Shown: one piece after another, positions 50,959-64,000 of the stretch
Layout of the letters: the number at the start of each line of letters is the position of its first letter
Position numbering within the stretch: the stretch's first letter is position 1
Assembly: GCA_024679065.1 (NCBI GenBank)
Contig: JAGIQG010000006.1
Location: 8,370,001-8,434,000 of the forward strand
From: Sphyrna mokarran
Taxonomy: Eukaryota
Direction of reading: 5' to 3'
DNA: 64,000 nt
The notes under the pieces: model-generated
Seen by the model: only the letters and a program-made list of their open reading frames with translations
What the model was told of the DNA's origin: nothing
The model's database searches: none
Translations under genes and position numbers: made by a program

Positions 50959-51799
50959 CTCAGTAAGAATTTAGCAACACCAATTTTAAATCCAACCGAT
51001 TTATTTGATAGTAAAATTGCGAGCTTTCAACACTCTGTGTCTTCGTCAGGCAAATCCAGTGTTCTGGTCTGCTATAGCACACATCAGCACAGACAGTCAC
51101 ATATTGCTGATTAGAATGTGAATCTTTACATCTAACCTGCTATTCAAGTGTTAATGTGGCCAACAATGTGTGCGAAGGGAATCCTGAGCATTGGTTTGAG
51201 AATTGTGTATTTTCTCCAGACAGCACAGTAATTGAGGTTTTTTGCTAACCCAGGCAAGTTACGGGGGTTACAGATAGTAACACACTATCTGTAACCCCCG
51301 TAACACTATGACACACTATCTGTAACCTCTGTAACACTATGACACACTATCTGTAACCTCTGTAACACTATGACACACTATCTGTAACCCCCATAACACT
51401 ATGACACACTATCTGTAACCCCCGTAACACAATGACACACTATCTGTAACCCCCGTAACTTGCCTGGGTTAGCAAAAAACCTCACTTACTGTGCTGTCTG
51501 GAGAAAATACACAATTCTCTAACCAATGCTCAGGATTCCCTTCACACACATTGTTAGCCACTTTAACACTTGAATAGCAGGTTAGATGTAAGCATTCGCA
51601 TTCTAATCAGCAATCTGTGACTGTCTGTGTTGATATGTGTGCTATTGTAGACCAGAACACTGCATTTGCCTGACAAAGACACAGAGTGTTGAAAGCTCGC
51701 AATTTTACTATCAAATAAAATGGTTGGATTTAAAATTGGTGTTGCTAAATTCTTACTGAGTTCTTACTACCCCAGTCCAACGCCGGCATCTTTACACGA
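50959..51799. mobile_element. Duplicate of the palindromic Penelope derivative (unit 3)
   Basis: Same sequence as 8627-9467 at offset 42332. Confidence 0.9.
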
Positions 51800-53405
51800 T
51801 CATATTACCGCATGGAAGTGTGTACTGCAGTCTAACTAGAGTGTGAAACAGTTCGTAAGGTCACTTGCTGATAAGAAATAAGCTGGGGACAGCCATTCAG
51901 CCCTTCAAGCCTGCTCCACCATTCATTAAGATCATGGCTGATCTGATTGTGCTCTTAACTTCATTTTCCTGCCTGTTCCCACACCTTTGACTTGTAGGTT
52001 AAAAATCTGAATAAGCCTTGGCTACATTCAATGATTCAGCATCCACTGCTGTCTGGGGAGGTGAATTCTACAAACAAATGACCCTCGGAGAGAAGAAGTT
52101 CCTGTGCATCTCCATCTTAAACTGGAGACCCTTATTCTGAAACTCTGGCCCCTCGTTCAAGATGCGGGAAAAAACTTCCTCTCAGCATCTATATGTCAGG
52201 CTCACGCAGATTCTAATATGTTTCAAGAAGATCATCTTTCAATCTTCTAAACCCCAAAGTTATCGACACAATCTGCTCGACCTTTCCCCAAAAGACCGAC
52301 TGCTGAACCCCAGAATCAGCCCAGTGAATCCTTCTGGCACCTTCTTTGCGTCTGGAGTCACATGTAGGCCAGGCTGGGTAAGGATGGCAGATTTCCTTCT
52401 CTAAAGGATATGAGTGAATCAGATGGGTTTTTACGATAATTGATCTAGTCATCATCTGAGTTTTAGTTCCAGATTTTTATTTAAAAATGGTGCAACTTGT
52501 AAATGTTGATGTTCATGGACTTGGGGGTGCTCACATTGGGAACACAGAAAGTTAGTGTAAGACCCACAAGCATTTCCTTTATTCATCAGAGACCAAAGTC
52601 TCTGACAGTGCGAGAGTAACTTCTCTCTTTCCATACTCTATATATCGACTAATAACACGAAAGTTTCCCATATATCTTCGCAATGATCTTATACCCCGGG
52701 CGATCTGATTTATCCTCTCATTGTAGTATCTTATGTTTGAGGGTTTTCATTTACTGCATTGTAAAATGTTCTTATTTGCAAAGGAAGCTAAAGCAAATAC
52801 ACAAATCTAACAACACAAATCCTTAACAATTCTTCTGACAGACCAGCCCCGATCCTACATCAGTATAAAATTCAGCACAATATACAGTAAGATATTTAGT
52901 GTGAAAGCATTATATTCAGTGTCATATTGAGTATAATATTCAGCAATTGTCCATGTGTATTCTATATAATATTCAGAATACAATTCAATATACATTCAGG
53001 AACTGTAAAGTCATCATCGTGCCAGATGACCAGAGGCTGCTCTACCCTTTGAGTGGGAGAGCTGCCTGGTGATGATTTAACCTGAGGATCATTACATCTC
53101 AGCTGAGGGGCAAGGTTGAGAAGGCAGGGTCTTCATGAATAACTCCTGCAGGTACAGGAATTGAACCCACACTGTTGGCATAACTCACCAGATGGCCATC
53201 CAACAGAGCTAAACCAACCCACAGTAGCTTTGTTGGTATAATATTCCGTATAATATGAAGTTTTATATTCAGCATAATATTCCATGTAACACAAAGTCAC
53301 TGATCCTTCTCACTTGCGGTGAGCCAGTGTTTTTTGACACTTTGAATTATTTTACTGAAACAGTATAGCAGAGGGAAAATGAGTTCATTCTTTAAAAATA
53401 CATAC

Positions 53406-53454
53406 ATTTTGCTGAACTGGTCAGTGTGAGTGTACACAGCATGATCCACAGCAT
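53406..53454 (-). CDS. Siglec-15-like receptor copy 3, exon 1 (signal peptide MLWIMLCTLTLTSSAK)
   Basis: ATG at 53454-53452, then 16 hydrophobic/small codons + 1 nt and a GTATGT donor (phase 1). Joins in frame to the V1 exon. Conserved in all three units. Confidence 0.8.
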
Positions 53455-56400
53455 TCTCTTCACTCCTGCAGTACACAGAGCTCTCTGAAGGCTCAGCACC
53501 CACTCGACGGGACTAATATCATTGCTCACTATCTGATCTTGTTGCTTCCTTTATAGGACCCTTGTTAGACCTGACTTGGAATACTGTGCACAGTTCTGGT
53601 CGCCTCACTATAGGAAGGACGTGGAAGCTATTGAAAGGGTGCAGAGGAGATTTACAAGGATGTTGCATGGATTGGGAGGCATGCCTTATGAAGACAGGTT
53701 GAGGGAGCTGGGACTGTTCTCCCTGGAGAGACGAAGGTTGAGAGGAGACCTGATAGAGGTTTACAAGATGTTGAGAGGAATAGATAGGGTGGACTCTCAG
53801 AGACTATTTCCCAGGGCTGAAAGGGTCGTGACGAGAGGGCACAGATTTAAGGTGCAGGGAAGCAAGTACAGAGGGGATGCTAGGGGAAAGTTTTTCACTC
53901 AGAGGGTGGTGAGTGAATGGAATCAGCTGCCGTCGGTGATGGTCGAAGTGAACTCGCTGGGATCTTTTAAAAGACTTCTGGATGAGTATATGGGATCCAA
54001 TGGGATTGGGGGTTATAGATAGGTCTATGGCTGGGTAGGTTTGGATGTGTTCGGCACAACTTGTGGGCCGAAGGGCCTGTTTGTGCTGTAGTGTTCTATG
54101 TTCTATGTTCCTTCAGTAAACTTGCTGTTAAACAAAAATACTGCTGAAATTTTGCAAGAATGCTGACCAGTTTAAATGGGGAAGTGCATTCTAATATGAA
54201 TTCAAAAACAGGATTCTATATTTATTCTTTCACAGGATGTGGGTGGTGGTCATTGCTGGCTAGGTTACCATCAATTTCCCATGTATAATTGCCTTTCCAA
54301 TGTGTTCATGAGCTGCCTTCTTGAAACGCTGCAGTCCAGGTGGTGCAGGTACACCCACAGTGCAGTTAGGAAAGGAGTTCCGGGATTTTGACCCAGTGAC
54401 AGTGAGTGAACAGTGACATATTTCCAACTTAGGTTGAGTGTAGCTTGAAGGGGAACTTGTAGAGAGTGGGTGCTCCCATGGCTTCCCTTGGCCATCTAAG
54501 TGGAGGGGTTGTGGGTTTGGAAAATACTCTCGAAGGAGTTTTGGTGAGTTGCTGCAATGCCTTGTGGAAATGGTACACATGGCTAACAGTGTGCGTCAGC
54601 AGTGGAGAAAGTCAATAGTTAAAGTGATGGATGGGATGTCAGTTAATTGGGCTGCTTTGTCCTGGATGAAGTCAGGCTTCTTGAGTGTTGTTAGAGTTGC
54701 ACTCATCCCAGAAAATGGAGAGTATCTCATTACATTCCTGACTTGTGCTTTATCGATGGTGGAACAAAAGAACAAAGAAAATTACAGCACAGGAACAGGC
54801 CCATTGGATCTCCGAGCCTGTACTGATCATGCTGCCCGAGTGAACTAAAACCCTTGGCGCTTCCAGGGAACATATCCCTCTATTCCCATCTCATTCATCT
54901 ACTTGTCCAGATACTCCCTAAAAGTCACTAAGGTATCTGCTTTCACGATCTCCCCTGGCAATGACTTCCAGGCATTCACCATTCTTTGTGTCAAAAACCT
55001 GCCTCGTACATCACTTTTAAAACTTGCCCATCCCACCTTAAACCTGTGCCCCCTTGTAACTGACAATTCCACACTGGGAAAAAGCTTCTGACTATCCACT
55101 CTGCAGAAAATGCAGATGTGTGGGATAGAGGGTGATTTAGCTAATTGGGTTAGGAATTGGCTAGCAGGTAGAAGGCAGAGGGTGGTGGTTGATGGGAGAT
55201 ATTCATCTTGGAGTTCGGTGACAAGTGGTGTACCTCAGGGGTCTGTTTTGGGGCACCTGCTGTTTGTAATTTTTATAAATGATCTGGATGAGGGTATTGA
55301 AGGATGGATTAGTAAATTTGCAGATGACACTAAAGTCGGTGGAGTGGTAGATAGTGAAGAGGGGTGTTATAGTTTGCAGAGGGACTTGGACAAGTTGCAG
55401 AGCGGGGCCGAGAGGTGGCAAATGGAGTTTAATGTGGAAAAGTGTGAGGTAATGCACTATGGCAGAAATAATAAATGTGTAGAGTATAGGGCAAATGGTA
55501 GGATTCTTAGTTAGTCTAGATGAACAGAGGGATCTTGGTGTGTATGTGCATAGATCCCTGAAAGTAGGCAGTCAGGTCGAGAAGGTTGTTAGGAAGGCAT
55601 ATGGAGTCTTGGCTTTTATTGGTAGAGGGATTGACTTTCGGAGCCGCAACGTCATGTTGCAACTGTACAAAACTCTAGTGCGGCCGCACTTGGAGTATTG
55701 TGTGCAGTTCTGGTCCCCACATTATAAGAAAGATGTGGATGCATTGGAGAGGGTACAGAGGAGGTTTACCAGGATGTTGCCTGGTATGGAGGGCAGGTCT
55801 TATGAGAAGAGGCTGAGGGATTTGAGGTTGTTTTCGTTAGAAAGAAGGCGGCTAAGAGGAGACCTTATTGAAACATATAAGATGATTAGAGTTTAGATAG
55901 GGTGGACAGTGATAGCCTTTTTCCTAGGATGGAGAAAGCTAGCACGAGGGGAACACAGCTTTAAATTAAGGGGTATGAGTTATAGGACGGATATCAGAGG
56001 TAGGTTCTTTACTCAAAGAGTGATTAGGGAGTGGAATGCCCTGCCTGCAGCTGTTGTAGATGCGCCAAGTTTGGTGGCGTTTACGAGGTTAGTTGATAAG
56101 TATATGGAAGAGAAGGGAATGGTTTAGTTTGGAGGGGCATTGCTTTTTATATTGGTCGGCGCAACATCGGAGGCCGAAGGGCCTGTTCTGTGCTGTAATG
56201 TTCTATGTTCTATGTTCTATGACTCTCATAATCTTGGAGACTCCTATCAGGTCTCCCCTCAACTTCCATCGCACCAGTGAGAACAAACCAAGTTTCTCCA
56301 ACTTCTTCTCATAGAAAATGCCCTCCATACCAGGTGATATCTGGTAAATCTTTTCTCTACCCTCTCCAAAGCCTCCACATCCTTCTGGTAATGTGATGAG

Positions 56401-59240
56401 CAGAATTGAACACTATATTCCAAGTGCAGTCTCACTACGGTACAAAAAAGTGTCCACATGACTTGCCAATTTTTGAACTCAATACCCTGGCCGATGAAGG
56501 CAAGCATGCCGTACGCCTCCTTGGAACGGTTCCAAGGAGTCAGGAGGTGAGTGACGCACAGCAGAATTCCCAGTCTCCAACCTGCTTTGTAACCACAGTC
56601 TTTATGTGGTTAGTCCAGTTCAATTTCTGGTCAATGGTAAGACTCAGGGTGTTGATAGTGGGGGATTGAGAAATGCTAATGCAGTTGAATGTCAAGGGGA
56701 GATGGTCGGACTCCCCTGATTCCCAGTTTGTAAGGGCTGCCTCGTGCCATACTGGGTACAATGGTCCCTTGATGTGAAGGACAGTTCATCTCACCTCATC
56801 ATTTCAGCTCAGCTCTTTTGTCCATGTTTGAACAAAGGCTGTAATGAGGTCAGGAGCTGAGTGACTTTGGCAGAACACAAACTGGGCCTCACTGAGCAGG
56901 TTATTGCTGAGCAGGTGCTGCTTGATAGCGCTGTCGATGACCCCTTCCATCACTTTACTGATGATCAAGAGTAGATTGATTTGGCAGTAATTGGCCAAGT
57001 TGGATTTGTCCTGCTTTTTGTGCACAGGTTATACCTGGGCAATTTTCCACATTGCTGGGTAGTTGTCAGTGTTGTAGCTGTATTGGAACAGTTTGACGAG
57101 GGGAGTGGAAAGCTTTAGAGCACAAGTTTTCAGAACTACTATCAGAATGATATCAGGGTCCATTGCCTTTGCAGTATCCAGTGCCTTCAGCCATTTCCTG
57201 TTATCACCTGGAGTGAATCCAACTGGCTGGAGACTGGCACCTTTGATGCTGGTGATAATTGGAAGTTCTGACTGAAGACTGTGGTGAATCCTTCAGCCTA
57301 ATCTTCTGTATTGATACACTGGGCTCCTCCATCACTGAGCATAGGGATATTTGTGGAGCCAGCTTGGTCTGTGGTGGTACGACTGAGCTACTCTTGGCGA
57401 TAGGCATTGGAGTCCTGAACCAGAGTGCTCAGATGTTCAGCTGCTGGTTTGGAGGATACTTAAGGATTGAGGTTTTCCAACATTCACTAATGGGACAACC
57501 ACAAGTGAAAATGAAGGACAAAGTGACAGAGTGACTTCTGTTTCACTGAGTTTAATCTGTTTGTAAAGGTTATTCTCCATGAAGTTTTCAAACTGAAACT
57601 TGTAAATGCTACTGCAGGCATATAAAATTAGAAATATATGAGGTGAAAAACATGGGTAATTTATTAATACTTCTACCAAACACACTCCCTGTGCTGGTAC
57701 ATGTGTTTACAGTAGTCTCAAATGGATAAAATACACAGTGCAATTTTTAAAATGCATTTTCTTTTTTGAGATGTGGGTGTCACTGGTTAGGCCAGCATTC
57801 ATGGCCTTTCTCAAGTTGACCTTGAGAAGGTTGTCCCTATGGTGTTGGTATGCTTATCGTAATTAAATCAGATATAGCTCTTGGCGCTGATGGGACCACG
57901 ATATAATATTTGATGATCCACTATGATCAAGATGAATGGCAGTGCAAACTTGAAGGGCCGAATGTCCTGCTCTTGCTTCTAATGTCTGTGTCAAAATAAG
58001 GGAAGCAGATTAAGACTGAGTTGAGCAGGAATTTCTTCACATGAAGGATTGTGGAATTCCCTGCCCAGTGAAGCAGTTGAGGCTACCTCATTGAATGTTT
58101 TTAAGGCAAGGAAAGATAAATCTTTGAACAGTAAAGGAATTAAGGGTTATGATGAGCGGGCAGATGAGTGGAGCTGAACCCACAAAAAGATCAGCCATGA
58201 TTTTATTGAATGGCAGAGCAGGCTCGAGGGCTAGATGGCCCACTCCTGTTCCTAGTTCTGATCTTATGAATTAGGAACAGTTCAGAATTCAGCAAATGAT
58301 GATCAAGAGATTGATTCAGGGGTGAAAAACAGTAAGAGAATAAACTTACAAGTAACATAAAAGACAACTGTAAAAGCTTCTGTAAGGATGTAAAAAGAAA
58401 AAAGATCAATGAAGACAAATGTAGGTCCCTTACAGTGTGAAAGGAGAGAGTTTATAATAGAGAACAAAGACATGGCAGAGTGATTAAACAATTACTTTAG
58501 TTCTGTCTTCATGAGGAAGAAACAAATAAATTCACAAAAATATTCAAGAACTAAGGATCTTGTGAGAGGGAGGAATTGATGGAAATTGATATTGCTAAAA
58601 AAATGCTAGAGAAATTGATTTGTCTGAAAGCTGAAGAATCCCCAGAGCCTGATAACCGACATCCCAGGATATTAAATAGTGGATACGTGAGTTATCTTCC
58701 AAAACTCTGTATATCCTGGAACAGTCTCAGCAGATTAGGCAGGTGGCAAATCAAACCCCACTATTTAAAAAAAAGGAGTGAGGAAGAAAACAGGGAATTA
58801 CAGACCAGTTAACCTCACATCATGTGAGGGAAAATGCTGGACTCTATTGAAACCGTTCCCATATTCCAAGGTGCCCACAGGCTGCTCCTCTCTTTGAGGG
58901 GGAGAGCTGATTGGCTGTTATTTAACCTGAAGGTCAGCACACCTCAGCGAAGGGTGAGGTTGGAGGGTTCATGAATAGCTCAGCTGGTACAGGAATTAAA
59001 CCCAAGCTGCCAACATCACTCAGCAGCCATTCGGCCAACCGAGCGAACCAACTCTCTTATTAAAGCTCTGCTAACAGGACATTCAGAAAACATCAATGGG
59101 ATTAGACAAAAGCAATGTGGATTTATAAAAGGGAAATCATGTTTGACAAACCCTGTGGAATTTTTTTGAAGATGTAACTAGCAGAATAGATAAGGGAGAA
59201 AGAGTTTATTTGAGTTTCTGAAAGCTTTTGTGGGCAGTAC

Positions 59241-59484
59241 AACATAGAACATTAGAGCATAGTACAGGCCTTTCGGCCCTCAATGTTGTGCCGAGCTACG
59301 TCCAATCCCAAGATCAAGCTATCCCACTCCTATCATTCTGGTGTGCTCCATGTGACTATCCAATAACCGCTTGAATGTTCCTAAAGTGTCCAATTCCACT
59401 ATCACAACAGGCAGTCTATTTCACTCCCTAACCACTCTCTGAGTGAAGAATCTAACTCAGACATCCCTTCTATATCTCTCACCT
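59241..59484 (-). mobile_element. CR1 LINE 3' fragment (unit 3-specific) inserted in a SINE head
   Basis: AACATAGAACATT tail, flanked by TACA. Empty site at ~29886-29889. Confidence 0.8.
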
Positions 59485-62400
59485 TACAGTGACATAGTGG
59501 TCAGCATTGCTGCCTCACAGCGCCACACTGAGATCTGCACTCCTGAACAGTCACTTCATTCATTTGTTTCCCTGCTTCTCCCACCAGCACCCCACACCAC
59601 CCCCGGCTCCACCCCAGGCTGGATACCATGTTGCCTTCTCTGTGAAGAACTCATCACACCCTGGATCCTTCAGCCTCATCACACTCTTCCTCCCACCTCA
59701 TGAGCCCTGCACCAGGTTCAATTCCCAGCTTGGGTCACTGATTGTGTGGAATCTGCACATTCTCCCTGTGTCCCAGGTTTCCTTCGGCTGCTCTGGTTTC
59801 CTCCCGCAGTCCAAAGATGTGTGACTTAAGTGGTTTGACCATGTTGCACTACCCCTTTTTATCTGTTAGTAAGAGATTTTGGCAGCATAAAATAAGTGTG
59901 GTGAAAAGAACAGGATGTGGGGGTGGGGAGTCGGGGGGGTCATTACAGCACTGAAGGAGCACAGTCTCCTGCAGCAACAAGCAGTGACACCCAGGGAACA
60001 CCCAGCGCCAGGAGACCGATGGGCCTGCAGGGCCAGAGGCCACAGCAGCCGAACAGAGGGCTCGCAGTCAAGGATGGAAACCGAGGTCACGGGTACACTT
60101 TATATCGGAGCATTGGACTGCGTTCATTTCGACTGGAGCAGGCGCAGCAGGATGGAGGGCTGCTGAAGTCCTCACAATGCTATCTGCCACGTGTCACTCT
60201 ACACGCTCCTCACCATCAGGGAGCCCCCTTCATCAACACGAAAGTGTTCCATTCCAGCTGATGTGTGACCACCAGATGAAGAGGTTCATACACGTGTGTG
60301 CACATTTTCCACGGAGTGTGAATAACAGCTACATCCTTGGCCAATCACAAATCCCTGGAATTTCTGAGGGTCATTCAAGCTGCAATGATGCCTCGTTGGG
60401 GATAAGGGATACCACTGAGATCTTATCTGATGATGCCAGTGCAGAGGCCTGAGATTGAAGCAGAGGCCCACTACAGCGAGGGTACTGTGCCACCCAGTCT
60501 GTGATAGAACAGGGCGTTACCCTCCTCAATATGTGCTTCTGCTGCCTCGACAGATTCGATGGAGACGTGCAATACAATCCCCTGAGGATCTCCCAGATCA
60601 TGGCAGTTGCTGGTACCCTATCTAACTTCTACACATTTAACTAGTTGCAATATTGGGGTGTTTCCTAGGCTGCTGTTCAGTTTCAGTTTCTGCCTGCACA
60701 GAGAGCAGCTTTTCAATAAATCTGTTGTGTGTTACTCTGAATCTACACGTGCCAAACACATCTTTTCTTTGTGTTTAAAACCTACACCCCTTAACAGAGT
60801 TAGGACATTACAATTGCTTGGCACTGCACTGGATCAACAACCTTACTGATGATGACCTTGAGTTTTTTGTAGGGGTAACCAAGAAAGTAAATAGAGGCAG
60901 TGCATTTGATGTTGTCTACATGGACTTTAGCAAGGCTTATGACAAGGTACCGCATGGTAGGTTGTTGCATAAAGTTAAATCTCACAGCATCTAAAGTGAG
61001 GTAGCCAATTGAATACAAAATTTGTTTGATGACAGAAGACGGAGGGTGGTTGTAAAGGATTGTTTTTCAAACTGGAGACCTGTGATCATCGGAATCAGTG
61101 CTGGATCTACTGTTATTTGTTATTTATATTAATGATTTGGATGAGAATATAGGAGACATGGTTAGTAAGTTTGCAGATGACACCAAGATTGGTAGAGTCG
61201 TGGAAGTGAAGAAAGTTATCTCGGATTGCAATGGGATGTTGATTAATTGGGCCAGTGAGCTCATGAATGGCAGATGGAGGTTAATTTAGATAAATGTGAG
61301 GTGATTGGTCGATCGAATGGGGCAGGACCTACTCAGTTAATGGGGAGAGTTACAAAGAGATCTAGGAGTTCAGGTTCATAACTCATTGAAAGTGGAATCA
61401 CAGGTGGACAGAGAGGTGAAGAAGGGATTCGGCATGCTTGGTTTCATCGGTCAGAAAATTGAATACAGGAGCTGGGATGGAAGTTGTACAGGACGTTGGT
61501 AAGGCCATGCTTGGAATACTGTGTACAGTTCTGGTTATCCTATTTTTGAAAGAATATTGTTAAACTAGACAGAGTGCTGAAAAGATTCACTAGGATGCTC
61601 GCGGGACTTGGTCGTTTGAGTTACAAGGAAAGGCTGAATGGACAGGGGCATCTTTTCCAGGAGATTGAAAGTTGAGGATGATCTTATATAGAGGTCTATA
61701 AAATAATGAGGAACACAGCTCGATAATCAACACTTTCTCCTCAAAGGTAGGGTAGTCTAAAACTAGAGGGCGTAGGTTTAAGGTGAGAGGGGAGAGATAC
61801 AAAAGGATCCAGAGGGGCAATATTTTCACACAGAGGCTGCTGAGTGTCTGCAACAAACTATCAGAGGTAGTAGTAAAGGTGGGTACAATTTTGTCTTTTC
61901 AAAAGCAGTTAGACAGTTATATGGGTAAGATGGGTATGGAAGGATATGGGCCGAATGTGGGCAATTGGGACTAGCTTAGTTGAAGAACAGGGTGGCATAG
62001 ACAAGTTGGGCCGAAGGGCCTGTTTTCATGCTGTAAATCTCTATGAGCATTATTTCCTCAGATGGGCAGTCGAGGAGGGATTGGAGGAAGAGGCCGGAGA
62101 GGAGTTGGAGGATGGAGGACAGAGAGGGTCAAGGGTTTTCATGGACAGAAGAACTGATGTTCCCTCATTGCTTCCCACTTTACTCTTCAGCAATACGGTG
62201 TTGGCCAGCAGTTTAACAAGCCCTTCATAACAGTTCTGCCATCGTGGGAGGAGGGACACAGTAAAACTTTGGTCAACTGCGTGCTGGGTCTGGGGAGTCC
62301 TTGTGCTTGCTGCCGAGTCAGTGCAGGAGGGTGATACTGATTCACAGTATGGAACCGTCTGAGATGCTCCACAGATACTGCTTCTGTCTCTCTGGCTCCC

Positions 62401-64000
62401 GTTTGTCTGCCTGGCTGGCTCCTGTCTGCCCGTCTGCCTGGCTGGCCGGCTCCAGTTCATTGGCTCTCTGGCTGATCTCTGAGTGTGGGTGTGCCCTACA
62501 TTCCTCTGTCCCCGAGCAATAGAGGGGGATTAGAGGTGAGGGTCTCAGTTTTACTGATTAATCCTTTCAGGAATGATGTTATTGTCACTTTGGACCGCAC
62601 CATTTGCCTGACATTGAGGGCCTGTGAGAAGAGCTTTGTCCCGATGGGAAGAATCGCTAGCCCATTGGGAGGAGGATTAACGAGAGTGAGATCGTAAGGT
62701 TGTGGTAACAAGAGCTTTTAATATCGTTACAAGTGCATCTGAGACATTTGATAAAGACCCCTAGCTTTCTGTGCCAACCTTGACATGTGCCCATGCTGCA
62801 ACCCTGCAATTTCTCACCCTTGTGAACCCTCTCACTCTGTCGAGGTGTGTTCCCAGGATACACAGCAAAGGTGGAGGTGGTCTGCTGCATTCCACACCCT
62901 CTTGCTTGAGGTACACTTGAGGGAGGGCTGGGACCTATAGGACACTGGCATATTCTCAGATGGCCAGAGTGTTGCAGCGTCACCCTGTTCAGCCCCCTGC
63001 CTCTGAGGTGCACCGTTATCTGAAATTGGGGAATCAGAAGGGCTGGTCGCTTCCAGCCTTTCCTGAGTGGAATGCCCCAGGATACACTCCAGGGAATTCC
63101 CCTCCCTCCGGGAACTTGACGGCAGCTGGGTTAATCCATGGGATGGAGGGCAACTGGACTGAGCTCCAGAAGCCTCAGCATCATCAGATCTGCCTGTCCT
63201 GAAGACCAACCATTGACTAAACATCAGAGTTCCTCGATCAGGAATCTGACCTCTTGCCTCAGCTTTTTTAACTCTGGTGCCATTGTTGTAATGTTGGTCT
63301 GAGTGCCACCCATTCCTGGCAGCGTGTCCTGCAGCAGAAGGCTCTGGGATTCCTCTATTTGGCCTCGCAGTGGCAGAAGTTTTACAGACACCCCTTCCTG
63401 GCATTCCTGGCTCTGCCTCCATATCTCCAGCAACTGACGGATGAACATTTCCAGGGATATCTCACTCGGTCAGGGCACAGCTGAGTTCTGGGATCGAACA
63501 GACCTCTGACTGTCTGATGTGCATCAGAAGTTGTGTGGTGTTCACCAGATAGTGACTCAGAAGCTGCCCGCTAATGTCACCCACCGGAGTGTGTGTGTCT
63601 CTGCGCTGTGGATGGTGTGAATGATAGCTGGGGTGTTTCATCCTGTCTGCATCAACAGTGACAAAGTGGAAATAGTTGAAAGTTTCAAGTTTCAGGGTTT
63701 TGGGGAGAGTGGGGGTGGTGGGGGGTTGGGGGGGTGAGGAGCGATGTTGTGTCAGACTTGCTAATGATATTGCAATCCAGTTAAATTTATGCTAATAGGT
63801 TTTGATCAGTCTCTGGGTGTGAAGAAGTTTGTGCTCTTAAAAAGAGGCTGGGATGATCACAAATCATTTCATGATGGGCACATATCAAATTTTTAGCATC
63901 TCACGCTATTTTCCCAGCTCACCACACTGATCGCTGGGTGCAGTGAGGTGGTAAAATCACACCCTTAGGAATAGCTGTCATTGGGCCCAAGTGCAAATAT

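Larger units (their letters stand above)
40151..63960. repeat. Segmental tandem unit 3 (~23.8 kb, contains complete gene model)
   Basis: 63961-64000 is homologous to ~40149-40188, so the register repeats. Confidence 0.9.

Noticed and set aside
62050-63480. Minus-strand ORFs up to 196 aa (paralogous to 32455-33510 and 38195-38750)
   Set aside because: No recognisable domain, and the frames are broken between paralogs. Probably a decayed unclassified transposon that I cannot name.

Overview
Vertebrate genomic DNA, most likely from a cartilaginous fish (shark/ray). This is judged from the abundant CR1/HER1-type LINEs with (TTCTATG)n tails and the HE1/V-SINE-type SINEs. The window is a tandem segmental array of ~24-26 kb units: unit 1 = 1-13892, a 100-N gap, unit 2 = 13993-~40150, unit 3 = ~40150-~63960, with homology continuing past the right edge. 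Each unit carries one minus-strand, intron-containing Ig-superfamily receptor gene with Siglec-15-like domains. Unit 3 gives a complete model with all phase-1 GT-AG introns: leader (53406-53454), V-set 1 with the essential Arg (48142-48531), a second V-set with Arg->His (45529-45894), C2+TM without the DAP12 Lys (40903-41277), and a probable short cytoplasmic exon. This V-V-C2-TM layout differs from canonical V-C2 Siglec-15. The rest is transposon-derived. It includes many copy-specific CR1 insertions, Rex1 and Harbinger remnants, and a Neptune-type Penelope-like element. That element has palindromic non-autonomous derivatives carrying minimal hammerhead ribozyme motifs, and one of them has a 31-bp tandem array copied from the element's own ORF end. 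Most ORFs in the supplied track are spurious or transposon fragments.
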